Source: Octopus vulgaris (lineage: Eukaryota). Taken from it: a DNA stretch of 64,000 bases. The notes beneath the pieces are model-generated. The model ran no database searches. It was not told where the DNA came from and saw nothing but the letters and a program-made list of their open reading frames with translations. Positions 12,306 to 24,439 of this stretch are shown one piece after another (positions within the stretch are counted from its first letter, which is position 1; each line of letters opens with the position of its first letter). The stretch covers positions 63,116,001 through 63,180,000 of the forward strand of contig OX597823.1 in NCBI GenBank assembly GCA_951406725.2, in the 5' to 3' direction. The translations under genes and the position numbers were made by a program.

Positions 12306-13954
12306 TCATTTTAGATATATATGCATGTATGCACATACATGATGGGCTTTTGCATATTTTCTGTCTTCCAAACTCCATTTGCTGTTGTTAAGCAAACTTC
12401 ATAACCAAACAGCTATGCCTGCATGTAGTAGTATCTGCTAATTTCTGATGCTGAAAGTCTCTTTAGAACTATGAGATTGCCTTCTGCAGCAGTAGTTGTT
12501 ATCAGCCTTATTTATTTGGCAACAACGCTGGCCAGATGAATATTGCTTTGTTGCAAGTAGAGCACCAACATCTAATAGGTTTAGTTGTTAAGGAAACAGC
12601 TTACAACACCAAGATTGGTTCCTCTTGCAACTATGATGTGAAACTACACTAGATTGTCTCAAGTAGATGGTCTGAAGCGAATAAATTGCATTGCCTAACA
12701 CAACAAGCAATTCTGTAATGATTATGATAAGGTTTAAGCATGTAGCTGAAGTAGTTTATTTTTGTTTTATGTTAATGATACAAGACTTCACCCAGTTACT
12801 TATTGCTATCATACTTCTGTGCTGGAGGGCCAAATTCTAGTCTGATTCTTGTCTGACAGTGCCCTTCCTTCTTTTCTCTAGAATAAGAAACAGCAAAAAT
12901 GTTTGCCATAGGTGCAGGTGTGGCTGTGTGGTAAGAAGCTTGCTTCCCAACCACATGGTTCTGGGTTCAGACTTGAGTATGGAAGTCCATGTGCATCGAT
13001 ACCTGTAGGTATGCCAGAGAGAGAATGAGAGAGAGAGAGAGAGAGTACATAAGTGTTCTAAGTTTAATTATGGCAGTGGTTGTGAGGGTCAAATGTTCTT
13101 TCATTTCCAGGGCTTATATAAACATTCATGTTTAAGTAAATTGCTGGGGTTGACGCCATCTGTAATAACCCTTATAATTTTAGGGGGTGGGGTGGGGGGC
13201 AGGGAACCTGGAAGATTAACAGTTTAGTACACCTTCCCCCGCATTTTTTTTTTTTTTTTTTGTTAATCTGTTTTCTTTAACCAATACATCCTTCCATTCT
13301 ATGTCTGGCTTCCTGGTAAAATTTTCTTACAAGCAGAACATCCTACCTTTTTAATGCTCTCTCTCTCTCTCTCTCTCTGTCAAACAGTTCATGCTGCTCC
13401 TTAAACTCCTTGACTGACACATTTCTTTTAAGAATTAAACTCAACCCATAAAAGAAGACCAGCTGTGTTCAGGTTTTTTTTTTCTTCTTTTGTTTAATTT
13501 CTTGTTTCGTTAGGATTTGTTATATAGAAAATAATTAACACAGGAAGTATTGACAACCTATGAGTCAACCAGAAAGAGTCATGTAGTAGCTTGAGTGTAT
13601 GTAGATGTAAACTGTAATTTAAAACTTAGCTGATGTGCCACTGAATGGAGTTTTATTTTTGTTGTCATAGTGATGTTTATTGTTCCTGGGCTTTATTGGA
13701 AGTTTCATATTTTTTTAACTTTTTGTTTTTGCTTTTAATATATTTTGTAGTTGTATTTCAAGCTAAAGTGGTCTAAACAGTGTGTTATATTCAAATGGCA
13801 AATTGGTCTGTAAAGTGAATGGCATTGACAGTGGAGCAGTGAAGCTGCCAATTTTGTTGGTCACCAGGGTTTGTAAATTTCAGTGAAACAGGCAGTTTAT
13901 CAGTGTTTGTAGGTGTAAACTGTATTTTCTCCTCTTTAATATTTGTGCTGTTTA

Positions 13955-14085
13955 AGCTGGCAGAATTTGTTAGCACGTCAGGCCAAAGAGTTAGAGGAAT
14001 CTCATCCACCTTTATGTCTTCAGTTCAAATTCCACTGAGGTTGAGACTCTGCCTTTCATCTTTTTCGGATAAATAAAATAAGTAA
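13955..14085 (+). mobile_element. SINE family B 5' part
   Basis: agctggcagaatttgttagcacg..agttcaaattcc..gcctttcatc..ataaaataagta. Confidence 0.75.
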
Positions 14086-14317
14086 CAGACATGATGGAGA
14101 CTATGTTGAGTTTTACCTTTGTATAGAGAAACAGTTGCTCTACCAACATGTGCTATATCAGTTAATAAATTTATGCCCACTTTTGAAGAACTTCTGGTTC
14201 AGCCCTCGGACAATTTTAGTCTGCAAATTCCTAACCATATGTATTTAGAAGGATTCCCAATGCCAGTTGTCAAACCATCTAAAAGCTACTAATAGTACAT
14301 ATATAGGTATGGTTAAG

Positions 14318-14550
14318 TGGGAGTGTGTGGCTTTGTGGTTAGGGTGTTGGACTCATAATGGTAAGATTGTGGTTTAGATTCTTGGACCAGGCAATGTGTT
14401 GTGTTCTTAAGCAAAACACTTCATTTCATGTTGCTCAAATCCACTCAGCTGACAAAAATGAGTAATCCTACAATAGACCAGCATCCCATCAGAGTGGAAC
14501 ATATGTACTGTGGAAACTGGGAAACCAGCCCCATGAGTGTATGACTCAGG
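14318..14550 (+). mobile_element. SINE with family C-type head (diverged)
   Basis: tRNA-like head plus tgtgttgtgttcttaagcaaaacacttcatttcatgttgctc..cactcagctg. Confidence 0.75.
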
Positions 14551-14684
14551 AAAGACCTCTGTAGTTAAGTGAAAGTGAACAGCAATTTTATTGAACAAAT
14601 GTATTTCATTCAAAGAAACTTCATAATTGGATTTCTACTTCTTAAAACTCATCTCTTTCATATTTCTGTTACTCCTTTGGTTAA

Positions 14685-14905
14685 CCCTTTCGTTACTGTA
14701 TTTATTTTGAGATGCTCTGTGTTTCTTTCAATTACTTTAAATATAACAAAGAATTTAGTAAAATAACTTAATTATCATTAAGCTAGTGTTAGGAAAATAA
14801 ATTGTGACTAAGGTTTGGTGGAAGATTTTAATTCAGAACTTATGAAAACAAGACATTTGTACTACGGAGCCAGAGCCGGTTTCAGCCGGGTTGGTAACAA
14901 AAGGG
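14685..14905 (+). mobile_element. 221-bp TTAA-flanked MITE (piggyBac-like ends)
   Basis: TTAA|CCCTTTCGTTAC...GTAACAAAAGGG|TTAA; close second copy at 27055-27275. Confidence 0.92.
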
Positions 14906-15865
14906 TTAATCAGATTATGCGGATGTCTGTATTGAAGTCAATGGCATACCAAAGAGGTCTAGTATTTAGTTTCCAGTTTCCTAACATAGATGTAGCGATA
15001 AGTGAGTGCACGTGTGTGTATTGTGTATGTAAGCATCTAAAGGGGTCCTCATCAGTGGCTAATGTTACCTTGATCCAATATTTGACTATTGTTATTTAGG
15101 GGATATAGTTTGGTCTTAAATTTCATTAAAGAAAATGCCATACATTCCATTTCATATAGTAAATGAAATAATGACTATTGCTAAAGAAGTCTGCATGGTT
15201 TGGGACTCAATCCTGCTCTATACCACCCTGAACATAGACTCATGTCAACTATATTAGCTGAAGTTACAAGATGGGCGGTTGTAGATACTGTCATTAATTT
15301 TGAGGTTGACCAGTTTAATCCAGTCACTTGGCCTTTGGATAATTCTAGTTGAGTCCACTCTGTCACAATGGTTCTGGCTAGGCTTCTGGTCTGAAAATAA
15401 CTTTCTCCTCATCTCAGAGCTCCAGATCATGAGATATGTGTTGTGGTACCTTTCATTATTTGACTCAGATACTGAAAAGGAATAAAATTCTAATATTGGA
15501 TATAATATTTTGCTACATGAGTAGCTCCAATATAATTCATACTCTGCATTCTTTTGTTATTACTAATTATCAGCTTCTTCCAAGAGTTTAATACATTTAA
15601 ATGTAATGTTTTATCCATTGCTTCATATAATACCACCACTGGGTCATTGGGTGGTTCCACTCCTTTATTATTAGTCAATTGGTTATATAAAACTGTGGAA
15701 TTGAACCAGTGTTCATAGTATTGGCTTAATGACTCTCCCTAGGCACAAAATATTTTAACACAATTCATATATGGAATCTTGCAAACCAGATACAATCCAA
15801 AGAGAAGTTACCTGTCAAATAACCTGCAATTGAGAGTATATATATATATATATATATATTTATAA

Positions 15866-16052
15866 AGGGAAAGTTTACGAAAATAAACAAAAGACGAAGA
15901 CAGGTGGTGTACAAAACAAACAGATGTATTAGTATAGCGCTCAGGAATAGAAAGTCTTTTACGTTTCGAGCCTACGCTCTTCTACAGAAAGGTACACAGA
16001 AAAAACAAGGAGAGAAATAAAGAGAGAAAAAAATGTGTGTAGTGGCTAACGA
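15866..16052 (-). mobile_element. Solo Penelope-type terminal repeat inserted in (TA)n
   Basis: Homologous to 33378-33575, which lies downstream of the GIY-YIG ORF; (TA)n on both sides. Confidence 0.85.
15956..15991 (-). ncRNA. Minimal type I hammerhead-like ribozyme, variant core
   Basis: CUUU-CUGUAGAA-GAGC(GUAG)GCUC-GAAA-CG-UA-AAAG: stems I and II pair, ACGU palindrome replaces stem III. Confidence 0.72.
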
Positions 16053-16300
16053 TATATATATATATATATGCATACATATGTATGTAAGTATGTATGTATA
16101 TATAATGTAAAACGAATTTCAGTTATTTTCAAAAGTTTTTGGGGATGGAGGGACATGGAATTATGGTGTATTTGTCTCAAATGAAGTCTGAAAATTTTAT
16201 ATATATGTATGTATAAGGATATTATTTTTTACAATAATATCAAGTGGTATAGTATGTGTAAATAACCATCAAGGTAATACTATAAGGTAAAAACTATTTA

Positions 16301-16511
16301 ATTAATAATTAAGGGTGCTACAAGTGGTACCAGCATGCTAAAAATAGCAACCAGAAGATGACTACAATTCTAAGCCCCTGTGGGGCTTAAAATTTCTGTT
16401 CATTCCCCCAATTTCAATTAATGTGTGGCAGTGTAAATTTGTGGTTGTAGTTGTCTTCTAGCTGATGTTTTTAGCATGCTGTTTCCACTTATAGCACCCT
16501 TAATTATTAAT
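16301..16511. repeat. Foldback: 67-bp inverted arms with a 77-bp spacer
   Basis: 16301-16367 vs 16445-16511, 9 mismatches counted by eye; small hairpin taagcccc-tgt-ggggctta in the spacer. Confidence 0.88.
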
Positions 16512-16531
16512 ATATATATATATTCTTTTGA

Positions 16532-16860
16532 TCTTTTACTTGTTTCAGTCATTTGATTCTGGCCATGCTGGAGCACTGCCTTTTAGTCAATAAATCGACC
16601 CCAGGACTTATTCTTTGTAAGCCTAGTATTTATTCTATCAGTTTCTTTTGCCAAACTGCTAAGTTATGGGGGTGTAAACACACCAACATTGGTTGTCAAA
16701 CGATGGTGGGGGGAAAAACACACACACACACACATGACGGGCTTCTTTCAGTTTCCGCCTATCAAATCCACTCATAAGGCTTTGGTTAGTCTGAGACTAT
16801 AGAAGACACTTGTCCAAGGTGCCACTCAGTGGGACTGAACCTGGAACCATGTGGTTGGGA
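16532..16860 (-). mobile_element. SINE family A
   Basis: Reverse-complement match to 61323-61753. Confidence 0.92.
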
Positions 16861-17427
16861 ATTATGTAATGGTGTGTGGCCAAGAAGTTCATGTTGCACT
16901 TACATGGTTTCAGTTTCAGTTCCTCTGCATGATACATTTGACAAGTGTCTAACAGAGTCTCAGGTCAAACAATATTTTGTGAGTGAATTTAATAGGTGGA
17001 AATTACGTGGAAGTCTGTCGTATGATATGTATGTCTTTGGTTTCACTACTTGAAAATCTGGGAACTCTCATGTTAAATGAATTAAAATACCAATTCCTCT
17101 CTGGTGCTTCATAACTTTTTAATCTGAATGCAAACTGAAAAAACTGGTTTTGGCCAATTTTTTTTGTTTTATCTCTTTTACTCTGTTGTTTCTATGTCCA
17201 TAACGGTTTTGAACATGATTTGTCTAGATAAACGGCCATTAAGATATTTATTTGCTTATTCAGACTCTGGAGTGAAATTGGCAAGTGAGGCAGTTACCCT
17301 ACTTCTCAAAATAATTCCTGAGATAACACAGGTAGCTTGGCTTGCAGGTGTGTAGGTGGGTGATACGTGTTTCTTTATTTCATGTTTTAAATTGTGTATC
17401 TGAATGTGAGGCTTATGATGTATTCCT

Positions 17428-17726
17428 TGTGTGTGTGTGTGCACCTGTATATGTGTATGTATTCATGTGTCTGTGTGTGCACCTGTATATGTATGTATTC
17501 ATGTGTGTGTGTGTGCACCTGTATATGTATGTATTCATGTGTGTGTGTGTGCACCTGTATATGTATGTATTCATATGTGTGTGTGTGTGTGCACCTGTAT
17601 ATATGTATTCGTGTGTGTGTGCACCTGTATATGTGTATGTATTCGTGTGTGTGTGCACCTGTATATGTGTATATATTCATGTGTGTGTGTGTGCACCTGT
17701 ATATGTATTTGTTCATGTGTGTGTGT
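17428..17726. repeat. ~30-34 bp tandem repeat (GTGTGTGCACCTGTATATGTATGTATTCAT)n
   Basis: About nine copies anchored on gcacctgtatat. Confidence 0.93.
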
Positions 17727-18531
17727 CTGATGCATATTTCAAATGAGCATGATGTGTGCTGTGAGTAATATTTCTGCATTACATAAGGGATGCTGGCTAG
17801 GGGTGTAATAGGAGTATATGTGTGTACATAAGAAAGAGGTGTGGATGGTTACGAGTTATATTTGTAGATTAAGGGTGTAGAACTTGTATTGCAATACACC
17901 TGGGTACTCGTACATTCACACATACACACATATATTTATACTCATGATGATGATGATGATGTAGCTATTTCTGATTTGAATGTGGGGCTGTTGCCAGACG
18001 TGAGATGTTTTACCTCACATCACATGGTTTCCTTTCACACACACACACACACATACACATTATACTGTTTTTCTACGGTAGATTTATGAATGCTGAGGCT
18101 ACTACCACTTTGAGCTTCACTCTTTTCTAGAGCTTTTTTTGAAATTTTCATACTTGGATGTAGAAACAGGTCTGTCAGTTTGAACAGCTTTTATTAGTAA
18201 TGGCTTTAGTAAAAAAAAAGGCATAGACTTTTTGCTGATGTCATTAAGGGCTTAAGTTGGGGCTTTAAATAATTTATATGGTTTTGAGATCCTAGTGTTT
18301 TAATTATTGATTTAAACATTATTGATTGCACATACAATACACACTGAATATGTGATCAGTAATGTTTATATTGCTAAAGCTGCTTTTAAATTGTATCTTA
18401 ACCATCATCATCATCATCATCATCATCATTTAGTGTCTGTTTTCAGTGCTGGTATGGGTTAGATGGTTTGACCGAAATTGGTAAGCCAGAGAGCTGCACC
18501 AAGTTCCAGTCTGAAGCAATAAATACACATG

Positions 18532-18748
18532 CAAGGGGGTGCTGAAAAGTTCCTGGCTTTGGGTAAAAGAAAACACAGTAGGATCAGCTAATTACGGTTT
18601 TATGCAACATATTCCCCTCTTAGATTCATACACTTATTGCACTGGTCCTTCAGTTTTTCTAAACACTGTAAAAGAACTTCAATGGTTGGGCCTCCAACCA
18701 GGTTTTTTGTGATACCCTTAAAGTCAGGAACTTCTCAGCATCCCCTCC
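18532..18748. mobile_element. Mariner-type MITE with ~28-bp TIRs
   Basis: aggggg tgctgaaaagttcctggcttt ... aaagtcaggaacttctcagcatcccct; second copy, inverted, at 37764-37971. Confidence 0.88.
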
Positions 18749-18804
18749 TATATATATATATACACATATATAAATACATAAATGTATGTGTATAAATGTA
18801 TATG

Positions 18805-18839
<35 letters not shown>

Positions 18840-18845
<6 letters not shown>

Positions 18846-19125
18846 TGGTGAATAAATTGTTGTTTAAATTATGCAAAAATGACAATAACACTGACTTTGT
18901 ATTTTAATAGATATATTTACCAAAATTACATTAAAAATATCTTGAAATTCTAAAGACCAAATTTATTCAATAAAATCACCATTGCCTTCAACCACTCTTT
19001 CCAGACGACTTCGGAATCTGCAACTCTTCTGGATGGTCTCCTTATTTAAGTTGGTGAATGCTGCCATAATCCTTGCTTTCATTTCATCTTTGGTGTTACA
19101 TGGAGCTTAACTGCGCCCCACACAA
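18840..19125 (-). mobile_element. Tc1/mariner superfamily (maT-like) transposon 3' end
   Basis: Minus translation PCNTKDEMKARIMAAFTNLNKETIQKSCRFRSRLERVVEGNGDF; homologous to 39395-39470; end resembles the terminus at 38958. Confidence 0.85.
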
Positions 19126-20734
19126 TAATCGGTGGGGGGTGGGGAGGTTACCTTAATGATGATGGTTTCAAATTTTGGCACAAGGCCAGTAATTTCAGGT
19201 GCTCAATTGGTCCTATTTTATTGATCTTGAAAGGCTGGATTTGAACTCAGAGCATAAAGCCAGAAGAGATGCTGCTGAGCGTTTTCCTCAGTGTGCTAAT
19301 GATTCTGCCACCACTAATAATGTTATTAATCCCTTCAGTGTTGGTTTAATGTCTGTTTTATGCTGAAATGAGATGAAGAAAACCAACAGAACTGAAAACT
19401 TGTAGCCAATTACTTACTCCAAGAACATTGGCCAAGGTGAAATAATAATGTTGGCTGTTGGCAGATCAATGAAGTACTTTTAAACTAGAGCCAAAATCAA
19501 TAATTTAAAAACTTACTTTCCATAAAAAACCTTTTGGCAAATAGTTTGAAAAACCTATGGATACAATGAAATACTGGTGATATCAGTTTCCTCTGTCCTT
19601 GCAAAGTCTGCATTGGGTTGCCAGCTCTAATTCAATTACTCTGAATGAAGCAAAGCTATTTAGCATTCTGTTTTGTCCACCCTATCCATCTTTGCACCAA
19701 TCACCACCAGATGTTCTCGACATGACACCGCTCTAAAACAGCAACAGCAACAGCAAAAATCTGGCTTGGGTAACAAACCTGATGTAACATGTCTACACTG
19801 CAATTCTGCATGCCATCATACTTCTAAGCATTGGACATCTACATGTGTTAATAAAATTAATAATAATAATAATAATAATAATGATAATAATAATAGGTAT
19901 AGTGTTTTTATAAATTGAAACTCCATTTTAATAATCGTTAACTTAGTGTTAACATATTTGGTAGAGTAGATATCAAAAAACCTAATTAAGAATAATCATG
20001 TGATAAGGAAAAAGAAAAACAAGAACAAACCTAGCATTAGCTCAATGATTAATGTTTATTTTAATCATTTCAGCAAATAAAGGAAATGATTATAGTAATG
20101 TTTCAACCATATTAAATCGCCTTGGTAAAATATAAACTTAATCAAACTTGCTGAAATTGTAATAAAGGTATCACTAAGATTTATAGTGTACATTTGCAAA
20201 TGTGAAAAATTTGTGTGTGTGTGTATATATACATATATATCTTGTTTCTGTCATTAGACTGTGGCTGTGTTGGGTAACTGTCGTTAGTTGACTCCAGCTC
20301 TTTATTTTTAAGTCTTGTATTCTACCAATGTCTTTTGCCAAGCCAGTAAGCCACTGGAATATAAAGAAACCAGCAAAATATTTATGGGGTAATGTGAGGT
20401 TATTTGGAAGAGATTCCTCAAAAACACTTATTTTTGAAATAGCATTAAATTAATAAATCTATTACATTATTTTGTCTACAACAAACTCATTCAGGTTAGA
20501 GAGATTTTTGTAACCCAAGTCTATAAATTTCAACTTGCCTCAAAGTTGGTTGAGCTGAAACATGCCATGGGGCATATTGGAGCACCTAGTATTTATAGAA
20601 CAGCACAAGAAATATGTTGGCTTCATTTCTGTTTTCAATCTCAATTATGTATTTTATCAGTTAACTTCAACTAGGTATGACTATCACTTTGGTTTGTCAC
20701 CTATACTTAAGTTGATTACATTCACCTCAATGTT

Positions 20735-20878
20735 TCACTGGTATTTGATTTATCTACTCCAAAAAGATGAAAGGCAAAGTCGACCTCAGTGGAATTTGAA
20801 TTTCGAATGTAAGGACGGACAAAATGCCACTATACATTTCACCTGGCATGCTAAGGATTCTGCCAGCTTGCTGCCTTA
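20735..20878 (-). mobile_element. SINE family B
   Basis: gatgaaaggcaaagtcgacctcagtggaatttgaa..gattctgccagcttgc. Confidence 0.82.
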
Positions 20879-21849
20879 TTAATAATAATAATCCTTCCTA
20901 CTATAGGTACAAGACACAATAATAATAATAGTAATGATAATAATAATATGTTGCATAATAAATCTTTTCTGCCAACTGCAGAAAACCTAAGTCACACATT
21001 CCTGCATTTGAAGGGTCTTCACATTCTTTTTCTTGTGTTTTTAAGAAAAATGACATAAACCAATCATTCTGTAACCAAGAGTAGGTTGAGAACTTCTGGC
21101 AAAGTTGACTTAAATATGCAAGTCCTACCTCTTGAGCTTAATAGCTTCTATATGTTCCACTTTAAGTGCCACTACATGTGCCAGGGCACTTGCGATAGTA
21201 GTAAGAGCTGGAATATGTTCCAACTAACCCCAGACAGTAATAACCTTAACATGCAGCATACACAGCATAAATTGCAACAGGCAAATTATTTGCTGTCTCA
21301 ATCTGATTATTTTCTAAACATTCACTACATAAAAAACTTTCATTTCTAACTATAGTATCTACTAAACAAACTGAGTATTTCTAATGAGTGAGGCCTACAA
21401 TGAAATATTGCTCCCACATTTGGAACAGTAGTACCACTGCTAAATACACACAGAAACATCCAGGACCACACAACTGATTGGCATTAAATCACTGCCTCTG
21501 ATCAACAAGCATGCTCCCTCCTCTTTTTATCTTTTCTATCACTACAACAAATCCTTTGTTCCTTGGAATTTGCTGATGTTGTATCTCCTCCACTGAAGTA
21601 CCCTTGAGCCATTTGTCTTTCCAACTTGCATCTGTACACTTAAAAAGCTTCTGCAGTGATTTGATAGCAATATGGTTGAGAGGTAGTACAAGAGGTTCTC
21701 ACTTAATAGCAGCCCAGTCTTCACCAGCTTCTTCCTTTTCTGCTGAAAATGTTTTCAACTCAATCCATGTTCCAGCCAATTCCGATTACCTCTTTATTGT
21801 TATCTATACCCTCTAAATATGTTTAATATGTGCACTGTATATATTGTAT

Positions 21850-22172
21850 GTGAAGGTGCATGGCTCAATGGTTAGAGTGTCAGGCTCACAATCATGAGGT
21901 AGTGAGTTCAATTTCTGGACTGGGCTGTGTGTTGTGTTCTTGAGCAAGACATTTTATTTCACACTGCTCCAGTTCACTCAGCTGAATTGCGACATCACTG
22001 GTACCAGGCTATATTGGCCTTTGCCTTTCCCTTGGACAACATTGGTGGCGTGAAGAAGGGAGACTGCTATGTATGGGCGACTGCTGCTCTTCCATAAACA
22101 ACCTCGCATGGACTTGCGCCTTGGAGGATAACTTTCTAGGTGCAACCCCATGGTCATTCATAACCAAGGGGT
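21850..22172 (+). mobile_element. tRNA-derived SINE family C, full length
   Basis: A box tggctcaatggttagag, B-box-like gagttcaatttc; highly similar copy at 25667-25991. Confidence 0.92.
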
Positions 22173-23429
22173 GACCTAGAATATATTGTATATATTGTTG
22201 AGGTATGGTTGTGTGTTTAAAATGTTCATTTTGCAACCATGTTTTCAGGTTTAGGCTCACTGAGTTATACTTTGGCAGGTGTGTTCCACTATAGCCTGGG
22301 GTTGACCAATGCCTTCTGAGTGAATTTTGTTGGCAGAAACTGTACAAACTGTGTGTGTGTGTCTCTATATATATACATATATATATATATAGTGGTTAAT
22401 GTTAGAGTTTTAGCTATGGTTACCGATGTGGATGTACTTTGCAAAGAGAGAAAATATTTGTGCACAAGCAGATTTTATGAACATTGAGTAGCAATCAAAT
22501 ATTGAAGAGAGGTAGGGTCAATATAATCAACTGGAAGGTGCTATTCCAATATTGTTATGAATTTAATGATTATAACAAATAAAAAGAATAAAAGAATGCT
22601 TTAAAAATTGTTTCAACTTAAACATTGAAGATCCATCTAGCCATTGTTGGTATAATAGTGAAGATGTCAATTTAGGAAACGTGCACACAAATGTGTGTGT
22701 GTGTTTGTGTGTGTACATATATGTGTTTATGTAAAGCTCAAGATTTGCTTCATAATTAAGCAGTTTCATATGAAACAATCTGCCAGGTTATGTCAAAGTG
22801 TATCAGCTACTGAATTGATGCATTTTGTGAACTTCGTCATCATCGTTATCTTTTTATGTCAGCTTTTTCCTTGCTGGCATGGGTTAGATGAGATTTCCTG
22901 AGGCAGTTATCAATGGCTAGATACCCTTCTTCATACCAACCTTTACTTGTTTTCAAGTAAATTATTTCGTTCCGTGTTTTTTGCATGCCGAAACCACTGA
23001 GCTATCAGACTCTTTTGTTTATATGGGTCATAAACATTGTCACACCTGTTCAAGCGTTGTCAATGTGAAAACATAGTGATCATCACCCGTAACACATGTA
23101 CTCATCCACATAGTGTGTACACAAACACAGCAAGTTTCCCTATGATTTCTGTCTATCAAATTTCATTTTATAAAGCATTGGCCAACATGGGGATAGAATT
23201 AGAATCACTTGCCCAAGTGCCATGCAGTGGGATCAAGATTGAAACCATATTGGTTTCTTAACACACCCATTTCTGCTTCTCTGCATTTGTTTACAGATTT
23301 CCATATAAAGTTGTAGGCATCTGAGCTTTGCTAGAGAGGTGAAACTATTCCTGATGAGTCTTGAATAAGGGAGAAAACTAGTCAGTTCAATCTTCAGTTC
23401 TTACTACCCACCTTCACTGTATGGTTTAG

Positions 23430-23463
<34 letters not shown>

Positions 23464-23743
23464 TTATAGATTTTGTTTTTGACAGCAAGACTAAACATGT
23501 TTTATTAACTGTATTTTATGTGGCCTCTCTATACGTTTTTATGCAAATTAAAAAGAATAAAAAAGTTAGGAAACTAAAGAAAAAAACTAAAAAGCAAATA
23601 AAATAGAAATTTTTATGGTATTTTATTTTATTTCATTTACTTTTTTAGCACAACAATGTTAGCATTAACGAAATTGGGAAGTCTTTGAACTGTAAACTGC
23701 ATTATCATCTTTTATGTATCAATGCATATATATACATGCATGC

Positions 23744-23783
<40 letters not shown>

Positions 23784-23795
23784 CTTGTTTATGTA

Positions 23796-23843
<48 letters not shown>

Positions 23844-24094
23844 TCTCTATTTCCTCATTTTCTTTTTTGTTTGTTTTGCTTTTAGTTCCTCCCCCACCAA
23901 CTTAGTTTCCATTGCTGATTTAATATAATACTCATCCTCCACCCACATTGTTATGCTTCATATTTGTAATGTCCCTCATCCGTTGCATCTAACTCTAGTG
24001 TTCATGTAAAGATACTTTTATTACTTTGCATTCCCCATTATATGTTATAATTGATAATGTTTGAAATCATTATCTTGTAATCAATACCAAGGGT

Positions 24095-24290
24095 AATGGA
24101 CTGGCAGAATCATTAGAGCACAAAAAAAAAAAAAATACCTCCTTGTTTACTTTCTGAATTCAAAACCTCTTGGGGTCAACTTTCCCCTTCATCCTACCAG
24201 GGTTGATAAATAAAATACCAGTCTAATATTGGCCTCAATGGTATCAACTAATCCTCTATCCATAAAATTGCTGGCCTATTCAAATTAGAA
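24095..24290 (+). mobile_element. SINE family B (diverged)
   Basis: ctggcagaatcattagagca..ggtcaactttccccttcatcc..ggttgataaataaaataccag. Confidence 0.75.
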
Positions 24291-24439
24291 GCAATTGTTG
24301 GAAAAATGCCTTGTGGTGTTTCTTCCTGTTCTTTACGTTTCAACTTCAAATCCCTCCAAGATCAACTCTACCCTTCATCCCTTCAGAGTTGATGAAGCTA
24401 AGACCCAGTTCTAGTATTGGCATTGACAATATTAGAATG

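Noticed and set aside
21850-21925. tRNA gene
   Set aside because: tRNA-like head of a SINE; it continues into SINE body and is not a complete cloverleaf. The same applies to the other SINE heads.
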